Shown here: positions 48,576-59,463 of the stretch, piece after piece | How the letters are laid out: every line of letters begins with the position of its first letter | Position numbering within the stretch: position 1 is the first letter of the stretch | Source of the DNA: Nitrosopumilus sp. | GTDB taxonomy: Archaea > Thermoproteota > Nitrososphaeria > Nitrososphaerales > Nitrosopumilaceae | Direction of reading: 5' to 3' | DNA: 64,000 nt | NCBI GenBank assembly: GCA_965218695.1 | Contig: OZ244651.1 | Span: forward strand, 1,088,001-1,152,000 | The notes under the pieces: model-generated | The model's database searches: none | The model's input: only the letters and a program-made list of their open reading frames with translations | Told to the model about the DNA's origin: nothing | Made by a program: the position numbers and the translations under genes

Positions 48576-50125
48576 TGGAGTATGCACTACTACAGGCAGT
48601 CTTCCTGCCGCTACTGTTATCCCCAGTGGCATACGTCATAGGAAAAAAGGCAGGCCCATCCCCTGCCATGTGGTTCACCTTTGCAATCCTGCTGTACGCC
48701 ACGGTTCTCGTGGTTAATGCGGCCCTATCTGGAACAGTCGAGGAGCACTATCCGTGGACCGAACAGTTTGGCGAGTTTGGATTCCTGCTTGACGGCTTGG
48801 CATCGCCCTTTGCAATAATCATATACGTGCTCTCCACGATACTGGTGCTGTACTCCAAGCCCTACATGATTCACAAGTTCCACGAACAGTACGAGGAGGA
48901 GCAGATCAGCGTATCGGCGGGTGGAACGCAGTCCCTTGTGGACTCCCCGTCCATCTCCGAGTACGTCAATGCCAAGTCCGGGCTCTACTTTGCCCTGTAT
49001 CTGGTGTTTGCCATGGGGATGCTCGGGACGGTCCTTTCTACAAACCTCATCGAGTTTTACATCTTCTTTGAGGTGATGCTGATTCCGGGTTTCTTCCTGG
49101 TGGCGCTGTGGGGTGACGGCCCAAGGCGGAAGATCGGCCTCATGTTCCTGTTCTGGACTCATGCAGGCGCCGTCGTGCTGCTTTTGGGCTTTCTGATGAT
49201 CGGCCTTACGATCGGCAGCTTTGACTTTGCAGACATCCAAGAGTCGGAGATCCCGCCTGACATTGTGCTGATATCTGCCGTGGCAATAATGATCGGACTG
49301 GGAGTCAAGCTTGCCGTGTTCATGTTCCACATATGGCTGCCGTACGTCCACGGCTCTGCGCCCACGCCGATCAGCGCGCTGCTTTCGCCTGCCATGATCG
49401 GAATCGGCGCCTACGGAATCTTTCGGCTTATTGTAGAGTTTCTGCCGGCCACGTTTGCCGAGTTATCCATATGGTTCCACATATGGGGCCTTGTCACCAT
49501 GATATACGGCGGCGCCATGGCCCTGATGCAAGACGACCTCAAGCGGCTCCTTGCGTACTCTAGCATCAGCCAGATGGGATACCTGCTGTTTGGAATCGGC
49601 TCCCTGTCTGCGCTGGGACTCGCAGGCGCCGAGATGATGTATGTCACCCACGGAATAGGAAAGGGCATCCTCTTCATGATGGCCGGAGTAATAATAGTCC
49701 GGGTCGGAACCCGCAGCATATCCAAGCTTGGCGGCCTTGCCGGAAAGATGCCAATCACTGCAGTCTGCGCAGTCATCGGGGCAATGACGATAATGGGCGT
49801 GCCGCCTACCAGCGGCTTCATGGGGGAGTGGGTGCTGTTTTATGGCGCCCTTGAGACTGCCATAAATGACGGCTCCACCATACGGGCAGTGACCTTTGGC
49901 CTGGGGCTGGTGGCCACGGTTCTTACAATGTCGTACATGCTGTGGATGCTCAAGCGCGTCTTCTTTGGAAAGACTCCCGAGCACCTTGAGAACGTCAAGG
50001 AGGGAAGCTGGTACATGACTGCGCCCATGATGGTGCTTGCAGGATTTACGATGGTTGTGGGGATCTACCCTGACATCTTTTACCAATCAATCATTCCGTA
50101 CATGAACGGGGTGCTGGGGGTCTAG
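48575..50125 (+). CDS. nuoM: Complex I subunit M
   Basis: FHIWLP, DLKRLLAYSSISQMG, GFMGE. Confidence 0.93.
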   Translation: MEYALLQAVFLPLLLSPVAYVIGKKAGPSPAMWFTFAILLYATVLVVNAALSGTVEEHYPWTEQFGEFGFLLDGLASPFAIIIYVLSTILVLYSKPYMIHKFHEQYEEEQISVSAGGTQSLVDSPSISEYVNAKSGLYFALYLVFAMGMLGTVLSTNLIEFYIFFEVMLIPGFFLVALWGDGPRRKIGLMFLFWTHAGAVVLLLGFLMIGLTIGSFDFADIQESEIPPDIVLISAVAIMIGLGVKLAVFMFHIWLPYVHGSAPTPISALLSPAMIGIGAYGIFRLIVEFLPATFAELSIWFHIWGLVTMIYGGAMALMQDDLKRLLAYSSISQMGYLLFGIGSLSALGLAGAEMMYVTHGIGKGILFMMAGVIIVRVGTRSISKLGGLAGKMPITAVCAVIGAMTIMGVPPTSGFMGEWVLFYGALETAINDGSTIRAVTFGLGLVATVLTMSYMLWMLKRVFFGKTPEHLENVKEGSWYMTAPMMVLAGFTMVVGIYPDIFYQSIIPYMNGVLGV

Positions 50126-50128
50126 GGT

Positions 50129-52216
50129 ATGGCAACTGAATCACTCGGTCTACCATTCGAGGCAGGGGCCCTCAGCGCGTGGCTTGTCTGGATCCTGCCG
50201 TTTGCAGCAGCCCTCATCATACCCGGCGTTGGCAAATTCTCCAAGCACGCGACAGGATACGTGGCAGTAGGGTTCGCCCTTATGAGTGCCCTGTCTGCAG
50301 CCTCGCTTCTCCCGATGGCACTAGAGGGCCACGAGGTGCACGATCAGATAATGTGGATCGAGACGATCGGCATCAATGGGGGCGTGCTTGCAGACCCGCT
50401 CTCCATAATCATGGCAAACGTGGTGGGGTGGATATCCTTCCTCATAATGATATACAGCACCGGATACATGAAGGGCGACCGGGACATCGTAAGGTTCTGG
50501 TTCTGGATGATGTTCTTTATAGGCTCCATGCAGCTCATAGTTCTCTCTGACAACCTCCTGCAGGTATTCTTCGGATGGGAGGGCGTGGGGCTTGCCTCGT
50601 ACGCCCTTATCAGCTTCTGGTACCGCGACAAGAAGAAGGATCACGTGGGACAGGAGGGCCGCACGGTCCTTGGCATGCTGGATTACTACTCCCCCACGCA
50701 CGCAGGCATGAAGGCCTTCATCATGACCAAGGTCGGCGATGTCATGATGATTGCAGGCATGCTCTTGATATTCCTCTTTGCAGGAACCTTCGGATTCCGG
50801 GAGCTGGTGGCAGATACTGCCTGGGCCACTACCATGTCCGCGCAGGGCCTGCTGGTTCCTGCATTCGTGCTGATCTTTGGAGGCGCCATCGGCAAGTCCG
50901 CGCAGTTCCCGCTAAACGAGTGGCTGCTTGAGGCCATGACCGGCCCGACTGCAGTCTCTGCGCTGATTCACGCAGCAACCATGGTAAAGGCAGGCGTCTT
51001 TCTGGTTGCCAGGATCGGCCCGATCGTCTTTGCGCTCGGTGCTGCAGGAATACTGGCAGACCAGTTCTTTGAGATCGTGGCCTGGGTGGGCGCAATTACC
51101 GCGCTGCTGCTGGCAACGCAGGGAATGGTCAACCCGGAGATCAAGAAGGTCCTTGCATACTCTACCGGCTCCCAGATAGGCTACATGATGCTTGCGCTCG
51201 GCGTTGCAGGCCTCTCACACCAGTATGTCGACGGATACACCGCCGGATTCTACCATCTCATATCGCATGCAATGTTCAAGGCCTCACTGTTCATGGCAGC
51301 CGGCTCCCTGCTGCACGTGGTCGGCTCCCGGTTCATGACTGACATGGGCGGGCTGCGCAAACAAATGAAGAAGACATACGCCTTCATGTGGGCAGCGGGC
51401 CTGGGGCTCATGGGGGCGCCGTTTATCACCACCGGATTCTGGAGCAAGGATGCAGTATTTGCAGCAGTGTACGAGTCCGGGACAGAGTGGGCCCTTCCGC
51501 TGTTTGCCATAGCAGTCGTTACGGCAGTAATCACGGCATTCTACACCACGCGAATGATAGGAATGGTATTCTTTGGAGAGAAGAGCCGCCACATCCAGAA
51601 GATGGAGGCAGACGGCCACCACGTGCACGAGGCATCCATGTCCATGTGGGTTCCGTACGGAATCCTTGCCGTGCTCACCATCGGAATAGGAATCATCGGC
51701 CTGTCTGCAGAGGAGGGACTCCACCACGTATTCGCCGAATACTTGGAGCACTACTTTGGCATCCATACCGAGCATGTAGCTGCCGCTGCCGGGGCATCGT
51801 CCTTCCTCCCAGAGTTCCTGCAGGGGCTCAACCCCGTAGCCTTGGGATCCTCGCTTGCCGCGTTTGCAACCGGCATCGGACTGGGATACATATTCTACAT
51901 AGGCAGGTGGGTTGATCCTGTCAGGTTTGTAAACTCCAACATCTTCTTCTACGCAATCCACAAGTTCCTCCTGAACAGGTGGTACCTCAACTCCATCATA
52001 TACTGGTGCTTTGTGGCAGCACCGCTGTGGCTGGCAAGGGGCGTATTCAGATACTTTGAAAAGACGGCCATCGACTACGGTATGAATGATGGATTCCAAA
52101 AGGCGGTCGGATGGAGTGCCAGGGTCGTACAGGGAAGCCAGACGGGAATATCACAGTCGTATCTATTCGTATTTGGGGCGGGACTGCTCTTTGTGGTCCT
52201 GATGTTGCTGGTGTAG
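50129..52216 (+). CDS. nuoL: Complex I subunit L
   Basis: GKSAQFP, AMTGPTAVSALIHAATMV. Confidence 0.95.
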   Translation: MATESLGLPFEAGALSAWLVWILPFAAALIIPGVGKFSKHATGYVAVGFALMSALSAASLLPMALEGHEVHDQIMWIETIGINGGVLADPLSIIMANVVGWISFLIMIYSTGYMKGDRDIVRFWFWMMFFIGSMQLIVLSDNLLQVFFGWEGVGLASYALISFWYRDKKKDHVGQEGRTVLGMLDYYSPTHAGMKAFIMTKVGDVMMIAGMLLIFLFAGTFGFRELVADTAWATTMSAQGLLVPAFVLIFGGAIGKSAQFPLNEWLLEAMTGPTAVSALIHAATMVKAGVFLVARIGPIVFALGAAGILADQFFEIVAWVGAITALLLATQGMVNPEIKKVLAYSTGSQIGYMMLALGVAGLSHQYVDGYTAGFYHLISHAMFKASLFMAAGSLLHVVGSRFMTDMGGLRKQMKKTYAFMWAAGLGLMGAPFITTGFWSKDAVFAAVYESGTEWALPLFAIAVVTAVITAFYTTRMIGMVFFGEKSRHIQKMEADGHHVHEASMSMWVPYGILAVLTIGIGIIGLSAEEGLHHVFAEYLEHYFGIHTEHVAAAAGASSFLPEFLQGLNPVALGSSLAAFATGIGLGYIFYIGRWVDPVRFVNSNIFFYAIHKFLLNRWYLNSIIYWCFVAAPLWLARGVFRYFEKTAIDYGMNDGFQKAVGWSARVVQGSQTGISQSYLFVFGAGLLFVVLMLLV

Positions 52217-52232
52217 GTGTGGGGGAGATGGA

Positions 52233-53717
52233 ATGCTAGAGACTACTTCAACGCCGCTGGTACTGATTGCCATTCTGGGAACCGTGGGCGTGATCCTTCC
52301 GATCATCAGCATTGCACGAAGGGAGCAGGGCTCCAACATGTTCTATGCTGCAATCGCCTTTGCAGCCCTCATAGTGTCCATGGCCTACGTCGGATACCAG
52401 TTTGTCAACGACGAGATATCCACGTCTGCGCTGTTCTCTGATGACGTGCTGGTAGATGACGCGTTTGGAGGATTCTTTGCAATTGCCATGCTGATAGTGG
52501 CGCTGTTCACCACAGTGGGCTCGTTCAACTACATGAGAAAGCACAACGCGCCTGCAGTCTACTACTCCCTGATACTGCTTGCCACAATCGGCATGGTACT
52601 GGTGGCGTACTCGACTGATCTCGTGATGCTGTTTGTCGCCTGGGAGCTGATGAGCATCCCCACGTACGTCCTGGTGGGCTTCATGAAGAAGAACCCGAGC
52701 TCAAACGAGGCGGCCCTCAAGTACTTCCTGTTTGGCGCACTCTCCTCTGCAATCATCGTATACGGAATCTCGATAGCGTACGGGCTGACTGGCACCACCA
52801 ACATAGGCCAGGTCATTGCCGGTTACTCTGCGCTGGATCCGTCGATGCTCCCGCTTGCGCTGCTCTCGGTGGGCCTGTTCATTGCAGGGTTCGGATTCAA
52901 GATGGGGTTGGTACCGTTCCACCAGTGGCTTCCAGACACCTACGAGGGGGCGCCGTCCCCGGTTACTGCGCTTCTTGCAGCAGCCACCAAGAAGGCAGGC
53001 TTTGCTGCGACAATCCGGGTGGTGGTTCTTGGAATGGTCGTGCTCAACCTGGACTGGACGCTTGCCCTGGGAATTCTTGCTATAATGACCATGACTGTCG
53101 GCAACGTTGCTGCGATCATGCAAAAGAACATCTCAAGAATGCTTGCCTACTCCAGCATAGCACACGCCGGATACATCCTGATAGGCCTGGCCGTGGCACC
53201 GCACAGCTCTTTGGGGCTGCAGGGATCCCTCTACCATATATTCAACCATGCGGTGATGAAGGGTGCGGCATTCATCGCGATAGCCGGAATCGTCACAACC
53301 CTTGCAGTGACGCACATCGACAAGCTCAAGGGCCTTGGACGGAGAATGCCTATAACTGCGCTGGGCTTGGTGATCGCCCTGTTTGCGCTGGCAGGAATCC
53401 CCCCGCTCTCGGGATTCTGGAGCAAGCTGATGCTGTTTGGCAGCGCGCTGGATGCAGGATCTGCAATCTGGTGGGCGCCGTGGCTTGCAATTGCAGGCGT
53501 GCTCAACAGCGCACTCTCCCTTGCATACTATGGCTGGCTTACAAGGAAGATGTACTTTGAAGGCGAGCAGGAAAAGAGGGTCGCAGAGCCGCGCTCCATA
53601 GTGGCAGTCATGATATTCTCGACCATATTCTTGGTGGGATTCGGCGTGTATCCTGAGCCGCTGATACAGTTCGTCGAGCTTGCCTCCCCCGTGGTGGGGA
53701 TGGCCGTGATGCCCTAG
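52233..53717 (+). CDS. nuoN: Complex I subunit N
   Basis: EAALKYF, PFHQWLPDTYEGAP, RMLAYSSIAHAG. Confidence 0.95.
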   Translation: MLETTSTPLVLIAILGTVGVILPIISIARREQGSNMFYAAIAFAALIVSMAYVGYQFVNDEISTSALFSDDVLVDDAFGGFFAIAMLIVALFTTVGSFNYMRKHNAPAVYYSLILLATIGMVLVAYSTDLVMLFVAWELMSIPTYVLVGFMKKNPSSNEAALKYFLFGALSSAIIVYGISIAYGLTGTTNIGQVIAGYSALDPSMLPLALLSVGLFIAGFGFKMGLVPFHQWLPDTYEGAPSPVTALLAAATKKAGFAATIRVVVLGMVVLNLDWTLALGILAIMTMTVGNVAAIMQKNISRMLAYSSIAHAGYILIGLAVAPHSSLGLQGSLYHIFNHAVMKGAAFIAIAGIVTTLAVTHIDKLKGLGRRMPITALGLVIALFALAGIPPLSGFWSKLMLFGSALDAGSAIWWAPWLAIAGVLNSALSLAYYGWLTRKMYFEGEQEKRVAEPRSIVAVMIFSTIFLVGFGVYPEPLIQFVELASPVVGMAVMP

Positions 53718-53897
53718 ACGTGCAGCGTCCCCGGTCCGGGTTTGGCAAAAACGTGCGGCAAGTGCCACGTGCGGTAGTGCAAAGACAAGACGCAAATGTG
53801 CGCCAAATTAAAGCGTGTTCTCCATGCCTGTGCGTGTCCGAACGGCCACGCAGCGGAGCTTCGGATTGAAACGAACCCCTAAATTGCTACTTGGTGC

Positions 53898-54533
53898 GTG
53901 TTGTACGTGCGTCTTGATCCCAAAATACCTTGCCTGATAATAATATCGCCAAATGCCGCATTTGTACGCATTAAAGACGGCAATGGCATGTATCTTGGAC
54001 AGGCAGTTGCGATATTCCTAGCCGGGGCGCTCTTCGGCACAGCCATCACGTCATCAGGTATCTTGTCCGTGCAATTGGATCTATCCAGCACACCCTATCT
54101 GTGGCGGCAGATAATGACGGCCCTGGCAAGTGGTGTGATCACGCCTGCGATAATTCACATTGCCGGAAAGAGACTTGGCGGCAACCAGTGCTGGAAAAAG
54201 ACGTTTGATGCAATCCTTCACATACATATTTTGTACATCCCGGTGGCAGTTGTGTTTGCCTTGGCCGGTGCATTCTGGTTGTATTACTCGACTCCCTTTG
54301 AATCATCTGGGCCAGTAATTGGACCACCATTCTTTTTCTACATGGACATTGTTCTGCACAATGCCATAGCAGCCTCACTTGGGATGTGGATCCTGATTGT
54401 GACTATAAAGGCAGTAAAGGTGGTAAACGCATTCGGAACGGCAAAGGCATTTGGGGTCGTCGTTGCGGCCATAGCCGCATCGTGGGCAGTCACCACCTTG
54501 TTTAGTGTTGGTACGGCCATAATCATGACCTGA
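53898..54533 (+). CDS. Yip1-like multi-pass membrane protein
   Basis: About five TM segments with RLGG and C-terminal KAFG pattern. Confidence 0.65.
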   Translation: MLYVRLDPKIPCLIIISPNAAFVRIKDGNGMYLGQAVAIFLAGALFGTAITSSGILSVQLDLSSTPYLWRQIMTALASGVITPAIIHIAGKRLGGNQCWKKTFDAILHIHILYIPVAVVFALAGAFWLYYSTPFESSGPVIGPPFFFYMDIVLHNAIAASLGMWILIVTIKAVKVVNAFGTAKAFGVVVAAIAASWAVTTLFSVGTAIIMT

Positions 54534-54665
54534 CAGTAACGGCGGATGTGGCGGCAGGGTCAGACTGGAGCAGGCGTGATCGTCGTGGGGGGGGAAGGCA
54601 ACCTGCAAACAGGCTTTGTCCCTTTTGGGGTACACGCAGTTGATGCATTGCTGCTGCCGTGCATC

Positions 54666-55532
54666 TCACATCTTGAATGATGTGAACTTTATCAAATTGT
54701 CCAGGTTCAACTTGGCGTCGCAGTCCGGTATTATTCTCAGCGCCGCCCTTGCCTTGTCAGAGTATTTCTTTAGCATCTCCTCCATCTTGTCAAAGACGTC
54801 CCTGGGATCCGAACTTCTCTTGATTAGCAGGTTGAAGAGCTTGTCCTCGTTCTTCCAGTCCAGCAGGTCGTCCCTTATCTGGTATGCGATGCCTATGTTC
54901 TTTCCGTACTCTGTCAGCGACTCTGTCTGCCTTGCGCTCCCGCCTGCAATTATCGAGCCGGTCCTTGCTGCAACCTCGAAGGCAGTCGCCGTCTTGTACT
55001 CGATAACCCTCAGGTAGTCGTCAAAGGTAACATCCTCGCTGGTCTCCAGCCTGCTTTCGATCATCTCGCCTTCGCTCATCAGCATGGCGGTGGTCGCCAG
55101 GTCCTTTGTGATTCTGGGATTGTCCAGCTTGGACGATATTGCCAGGATCAGCCCCAGTACAAAGTCCCCTGTCAGGACACTGGTGTTGTACCCGTACTTG
55201 ATGTGGAACGGATCCTTCTGTCTCCTCATGGTCTCGTTGTCGATTATGTCATCGTGTATGATGGACTCCATGTGCAGAAACTCCACTGCGCATGCTGCTG
55301 CAAGCGTGTTGTCATCTACCCTGCCTACGCACTCTGCTGCCAGAACCAGTATGACTGGCCTTATCCTCTTGCCGCCATCAAGGGAGTACCTTAAAGGCTC
55401 TATAAACTCGGATTCGGAATATGTGGCAAGCTCGTCTTCCAATGCCCTGTTTATTCTGTTGATGTATTCCCCGTGGGTTTCACGCAGCGGGTTAACCTCG
55501 ATATTTTTTCTGTTCAAGACAGCACTATTCAA
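54666..55532 (-). CDS. Polyprenyl diphosphate synthase
   Basis: GGKRIRP, HDDIID..RR, KTA, YQIRDD. Confidence 0.93.
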   Translation of the reverse strand: MNSAVLNRKNIEVNPLRETHGEYINRINRALEDELATYSESEFIEPLRYSLDGGKRIRPVILVLAAECVGRVDDNTLAAACAVEFLHMESIIHDDIIDNETMRRQKDPFHIKYGYNTSVLTGDFVLGLILAISSKLDNPRITKDLATTAMLMSEGEMIESRLETSEDVTFDDYLRVIEYKTATAFEVAARTGSIIAGGSARQTESLTEYGKNIGIAYQIRDDLLDWKNEDKLFNLLIKRSSDPRDVFDKMEEMLKKYSDKARAALRIIPDCDAKLNLDNLIKFTSFKM

Positions 55533-55559
55533 AAAACTCCGCTATTAGTAATTAAATCT

Positions 55560-55653
55560 TGGTGCTCCAGCCGGGACTTTCATCGAATGATTTTGAACCC
55601 GGGATCACTGCCTTGAAAGGGCAGTATGCTTGACCGGTCTACACCACTGGAAC
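55560..55653 (-). tRNA. tRNA-Glu(TTC) with ~15-nt intron in the T-loop
   Basis: GTTCCAG/CTGGAGC acceptor, CTTTCAA loop, T-loop TTCAA[AATCATTCGATGAAA]GT, encoded CCA. Confidence 0.9.
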
Positions 55654-55707
55654 CCAAGAGTATGATTACCTGATAACCATAAAATCTTTTGTAAATGGCA
55701 TCTGATG

Positions 55708-57151
55708 TGTATTGTCCCAAAAGTAGTTCACCCCCCACATGAGACTCGAGTCCCGGGTGGACATTCCCGATGAAGGACATCATCCACGGCGTGGCATCCC
55801 ACGTGAAATCCATGGGAAGTGCAGTCAGCATGACCATTACTGGAAACGGTGGTGTGTGGGTCCGTCAGAGAATACGCTCGGCGGTGTGGCGTCATATAGG
55901 AAGACGGAGAGTGCGAGTAATGAAAAAGCTGGATCAGGCCAAGGTCGAATGGATCATACGAGAGAAACGCAAGAATACGCGCAACAAGGAGATTGCTGCA
56001 AGCACGGGAGTGTCGGTCCGCTGGGTCCAAAAGCTGTGGAAGAGGTACAGAGACGAGGACAAAATCGCATATCCTGCCCCTATGGGCAGGCCCAAAAAGT
56101 GCGCGCCCGGACGACGGGATCATTCTGCGGTCCTCTCGGCGGCATCAAACGAGGTCCAAGGGGCAGCATCCTTGGAGCGCATCATAAAGTCGTTTGCCGG
56201 AATACATATCCCGCACAACACCCTGCACAAAATATTGAAGGATGCCGGTTTTGCAGACACACAGCCAAAGAAGAGCCAGCGCCGCAAGTGGATCCGCTAC
56301 GAGCGCGAGCACTCCAACTCGATGTGGCACACCGACTACAAGCAGCTTGACGACGGCAGGTGGTTCCTGTGCTACGAGGACGACGCCTCGCGCTTCGTGA
56401 CTGGCTTTGGGGTATTCCAGGAGGCGACCACCGAAAACGCCCTGAAGGTGCTTGACGAGGCCATAAAAAACCACGGCAAGCCGGCGTCAATCCTGACGGA
56501 CCGCGGCACCCAGTTCTATGCCACCGAGTCAGAGGCCAAGAAGAAGGGAGCCTCCAAGTTTGAGCAGAGGCTAGTTGAGCTTGACATCAAACACATCCTG
56601 GCCCGCGTGAGGCATCCGCAGACAAACGACAAGCTGGAACGCCTGCACGGGGAGATGCAACGCAAGATGCACCGCTTCGAGGCAGCATCATCATCTTCCA
56701 AGATCAGGCGCGGCGCGTCAAAGAATTCTCACGTGGGCGGGCCGTTTTGCGCCGCACCATCAAAGGATCCAGTGGAGCGTTTCATGGAGTGGTACAATCA
56801 CGACCGACCGCACATGTCCCTTGACTGGGACAACCTTGAGACACCGGCGCAGGCGTTTAAAAGAAAGATGTCCCCGGCTGGGGAGACGGTAGTGGACGGC
56901 CAGACAGGACAAGAGTACCGCGCAGAGTAGCAGCGATCCGACACGGTCAGGCCTCGTGCAATCTACAGGGGATACTGCGCATAATTTTTTGAAAAGATCT
57001 CATGCGTGGAGTGGAAATGAAGAAAATTCGTGATCCGGGCCGCAGGATCCGACGTAAGACAATTATGCAACGACCGGTAACATCAAACATGCAAGTACCT
57101 CCAAGTCTTGGAGGGGGGCGAACTACTTTCGGGATCCCACAAAATGGCATC
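55708..57151 (+). mobile_element. IS481-family element
   Basis: TGT...ACA ends, imperfect ~29-bp TIRs; 15-bp TSD AAATGGCATCTGATG. Confidence 0.93.
55920..56930 (+). CDS. IS481 transposase
   Basis: WHTD, EDDASR, TDRG, HPQTNDKLER, YNHDRPH; start at MKKLD. Confidence 0.92.
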   Translation: MKKLDQAKVEWIIREKRKNTRNKEIAASTGVSVRWVQKLWKRYRDEDKIAYPAPMGRPKKCAPGRRDHSAVLSAASNEVQGAASLERIIKSFAGIHIPHNTLHKILKDAGFADTQPKKSQRRKWIRYEREHSNSMWHTDYKQLDDGRWFLCYEDDASRFVTGFGVFQEATTENALKVLDEAIKNHGKPASILTDRGTQFYATESEAKKKGASKFEQRLVELDIKHILARVRHPQTNDKLERLHGEMQRKMHRFEAASSSSKIRRGASKNSHVGGPFCAAPSKDPVERFMEWYNHDRPHMSLDWDNLETPAQAFKRKMSPAGETVVDGQTGQEYRAE

Positions 57152-57318
57152 TGATGGCATGGCTCCGAAAGCGGTTCACCCACTGTCCCCGAGCAGGCCA
57201 TATTATGCCTAGGAATCCAAAAGGATCGGATGCGTGGCTGCTGCTGCTGCTGCAAATTCATCATGCAGCATCTTTCGTACCCTGCAAGAAATATTAATCA
57301 TCATTTGGGAGGTGTGTC

Positions 57319-58602
57319 ATGATGAGCAGGATTCTGCAGATTGGAGTGATAGCAGCAGCTGCCATCAGCGTGGTGGTTGTGGCGTATTTTGCACTTGGCA
57401 TCGACAGTAGCAGCGTGCCGACTGACGGGGACTCTACATCCGAGATTCGGGAACTGTCAGGCCAGATTCAAGTCGGTCTTCTTGCGCCAATCACCGGCGC
57501 CCTATCAGATGTTGGAGAAGAGTACCTTGCAATCACAAAACTTGCAGAGAGAGACGTCAACGAGTATCTTCAGGCGCAGGGCCATCCGTGGGCCATAAAC
57601 CTGATAATAGAGGATACCGAATCCCAGCCGGATGTTGCGCTTGAAAGGACCATGGATCTTTATGCACAGGGAATACGAGTCATTACAGGGCCTGTGGGAA
57701 GCGCCAACGTTAATGCCATCAAAAACTATGCAGACGCAAACGGCATGTTGGTTGTGTCGTGCTGCTCGTCTGCCTCGGCAGTTGCAGTACCAGACGACAA
57801 CGTCTACCGCCTGGCAACAGTAGACACCCACTACATAGGGATACTGGCAGAGGCTGCAAGGGGCCACGGAATGGATACCTTGATTCACGTCTATCGCGGA
57901 GATGTCTGGGGGGACGGCTTTGCAGCTTCGTTGCAGGATGGTTTTTCAGAACGCGGCGGCATTGTAAGCAACTGGATAAGGTACAACCCTAGCACTGCCA
58001 ACTTTACAGAGGTGGCCCGTCACTTGGATGGCATGGTGCAGGAGGCAATGAAGACAAATGAACCAGACAGGATCGGAGTGGTGCTTTCCGGCTACGGCGA
58101 GAGCATAGATATCATACGAGCCGCAGTGTCATACGAGATACTTGATGATGTGACATGGTTTGGTACGACATCTGTCCTCGGAGATGATAGAATTATCGAC
58201 GATCCAATTATTGAGGCCTTTGCAGATTCTGTGGGGTTGTACACTATTACACTGTCCATACCGGACAGCCCTGAGTACAGGCAGGTAGAGGCGGCCATGA
58301 TTGAGAGGCTGGGATATCCACCAGAGTCGTTTTTGTATGCAGCATATGATACGGTATGGGTTGTAGCCCTTACAATGCTTGATGCCCAGAGTACAGACGT
58401 CAATGACATGAAGGCAAGCATTGAAGACGCGGCCGGGGAGTACCAGGGAGTGATTGGCGAGATAAGGTTCGATGACGCAGGGGATCTGGCAGATGCCAAC
58501 TATGCGGTATGGAGCGTCTCTGAGGGCCAGTGGCACCTGAGCGGACAGTACATACCGTCAGAGGGATACGTGGTACTGGATGGTTCGGGGGACGTAGGAT
58601 GA
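57319..58602 (+). CDS. Membrane-anchored ABC substrate-binding protein (LivJ/type I)
   Basis: N-terminal TM, VGLLAPITGAL, EDT, AYD, IRFDDAGD. Confidence 0.88.
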   Translation: MMSRILQIGVIAAAAISVVVVAYFALGIDSSSVPTDGDSTSEIRELSGQIQVGLLAPITGALSDVGEEYLAITKLAERDVNEYLQAQGHPWAINLIIEDTESQPDVALERTMDLYAQGIRVITGPVGSANVNAIKNYADANGMLVVSCCSSASAVAVPDDNVYRLATVDTHYIGILAEAARGHGMDTLIHVYRGDVWGDGFAASLQDGFSERGGIVSNWIRYNPSTANFTEVARHLDGMVQEAMKTNEPDRIGVVLSGYGESIDIIRAAVSYEILDDVTWFGTTSVLGDDRIIDDPIIEAFADSVGLYTITLSIPDSPEYRQVEAAMIERLGYPPESFLYAAYDTVWVVALTMLDAQSTDVNDMKASIEDAAGEYQGVIGEIRFDDAGDLADANYAVWSVSEGQWHLSGQYIPSEGYVVLDGSGDVG

Positions 58603-58696
58603 CCCCGGACATGTTATGGTATCGTCTGTTTCCCATAATCCTATGGAATAGTGGTAAATTTCAGGACTGCACATGATAGTCTTTGGATGGGGTTGA

Positions 58697-58770
58697 TGGG
58701 CCCGAAGGGCTTCGATCCCTTGGCTCACCGGTTATGAGCCGGTTACTCTACCAAGCTGAGTTACGGGCCC
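58697..58770 (-). tRNA. tRNA with CAT anticodon, most likely Ile2
   Basis: CTCATAA loop; GGGCCCG acceptor is Ile-type, not the AGCGG initiator type. Confidence 0.85.
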
Positions 58771-58818
58771 CATGCAAATGAATTTTTCCTTGGATATAAA
58801 ATGTTGAGGTTTTAAAGA

Positions 58819-59463
58819 TCAGGCAGCCTGCTGGCAGTATTCCTCGTAACAGGCATCAAGCAGCATGTTCTGTGCCGAGATTGACTTGTCTGCAATTGCA
58901 ACCATGTCATCCTGGTTCGACGAGGACTCCTCAAGGACTCCACGCCACGATGCAGCATGCCTGATGTCCGCTTCTGTATGGAGCCTAAAGTATTTTGTTG
59001 CAGCATCGCTGGTAATTTCATAGAACTTTGCTAGGCCGTCAAGCTTTGTCTGGCTGATCTTTGGAATCTCTTTTTCAAAGGCGTACATTGCACATGCGCC
59101 GCCCTCAAAGGTGTCCATCAACCCGTTCAGATCAGAGACTGCCCTGCGGGTCTTTGGCAGTCCGTCATAGGATATGAGCTGGTCTTCTGGTATGCCAAGC
59201 TGGTCTGCAAAGGTGATCCACGGTCCTATGTGATCAGACTCCTCCTGCCTGCTCTCGACTAGTTCGGCTACAATGCCGTCTGGTGCATGCTCGATTATCG
59301 GCGTCATGAAGGAGGGAACGGCCTTGACCAACTGAAAGTACTCCTTGGAGTATCCTGCAAGAGAGTCCTGCGTTAGTTCTCCTGCAGACCACATCTCGTA
59401 GAATGGATGCTTTAGCAGGCTTCTCTCCTCGATCATCTCGTCGATTCTCTGAATAAAAGACAT
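58819..59463 (-). CDS. TenA/PqqC/CADD-family heme-oxygenase-like protein
   Basis: LLKHPFY, EE..H, FE, YF.LH.EAD..H di-metal ligands. Confidence 0.85.
   Translation of the reverse strand: MSFIQRIDEMIEERSLLKHPFYEMWSAGELTQDSLAGYSKEYFQLVKAVPSFMTPIIEHAPDGIVAELVESRQEESDHIGPWITFADQLGIPEDQLISYDGLPKTRRAVSDLNGLMDTFEGGACAMYAFEKEIPKISQTKLDGLAKFYEITSDAATKYFRLHTEADIRHAASWRGVLEESSSNQDDMVAIADKSISAQNMLLDACYEEYCQQAA

Noticed and set aside
57237-57253. (GCT)5 run and polyQ ORF 56947-57264
   Set aside because: Short microsatellite; the ORF spans an IS481 end.
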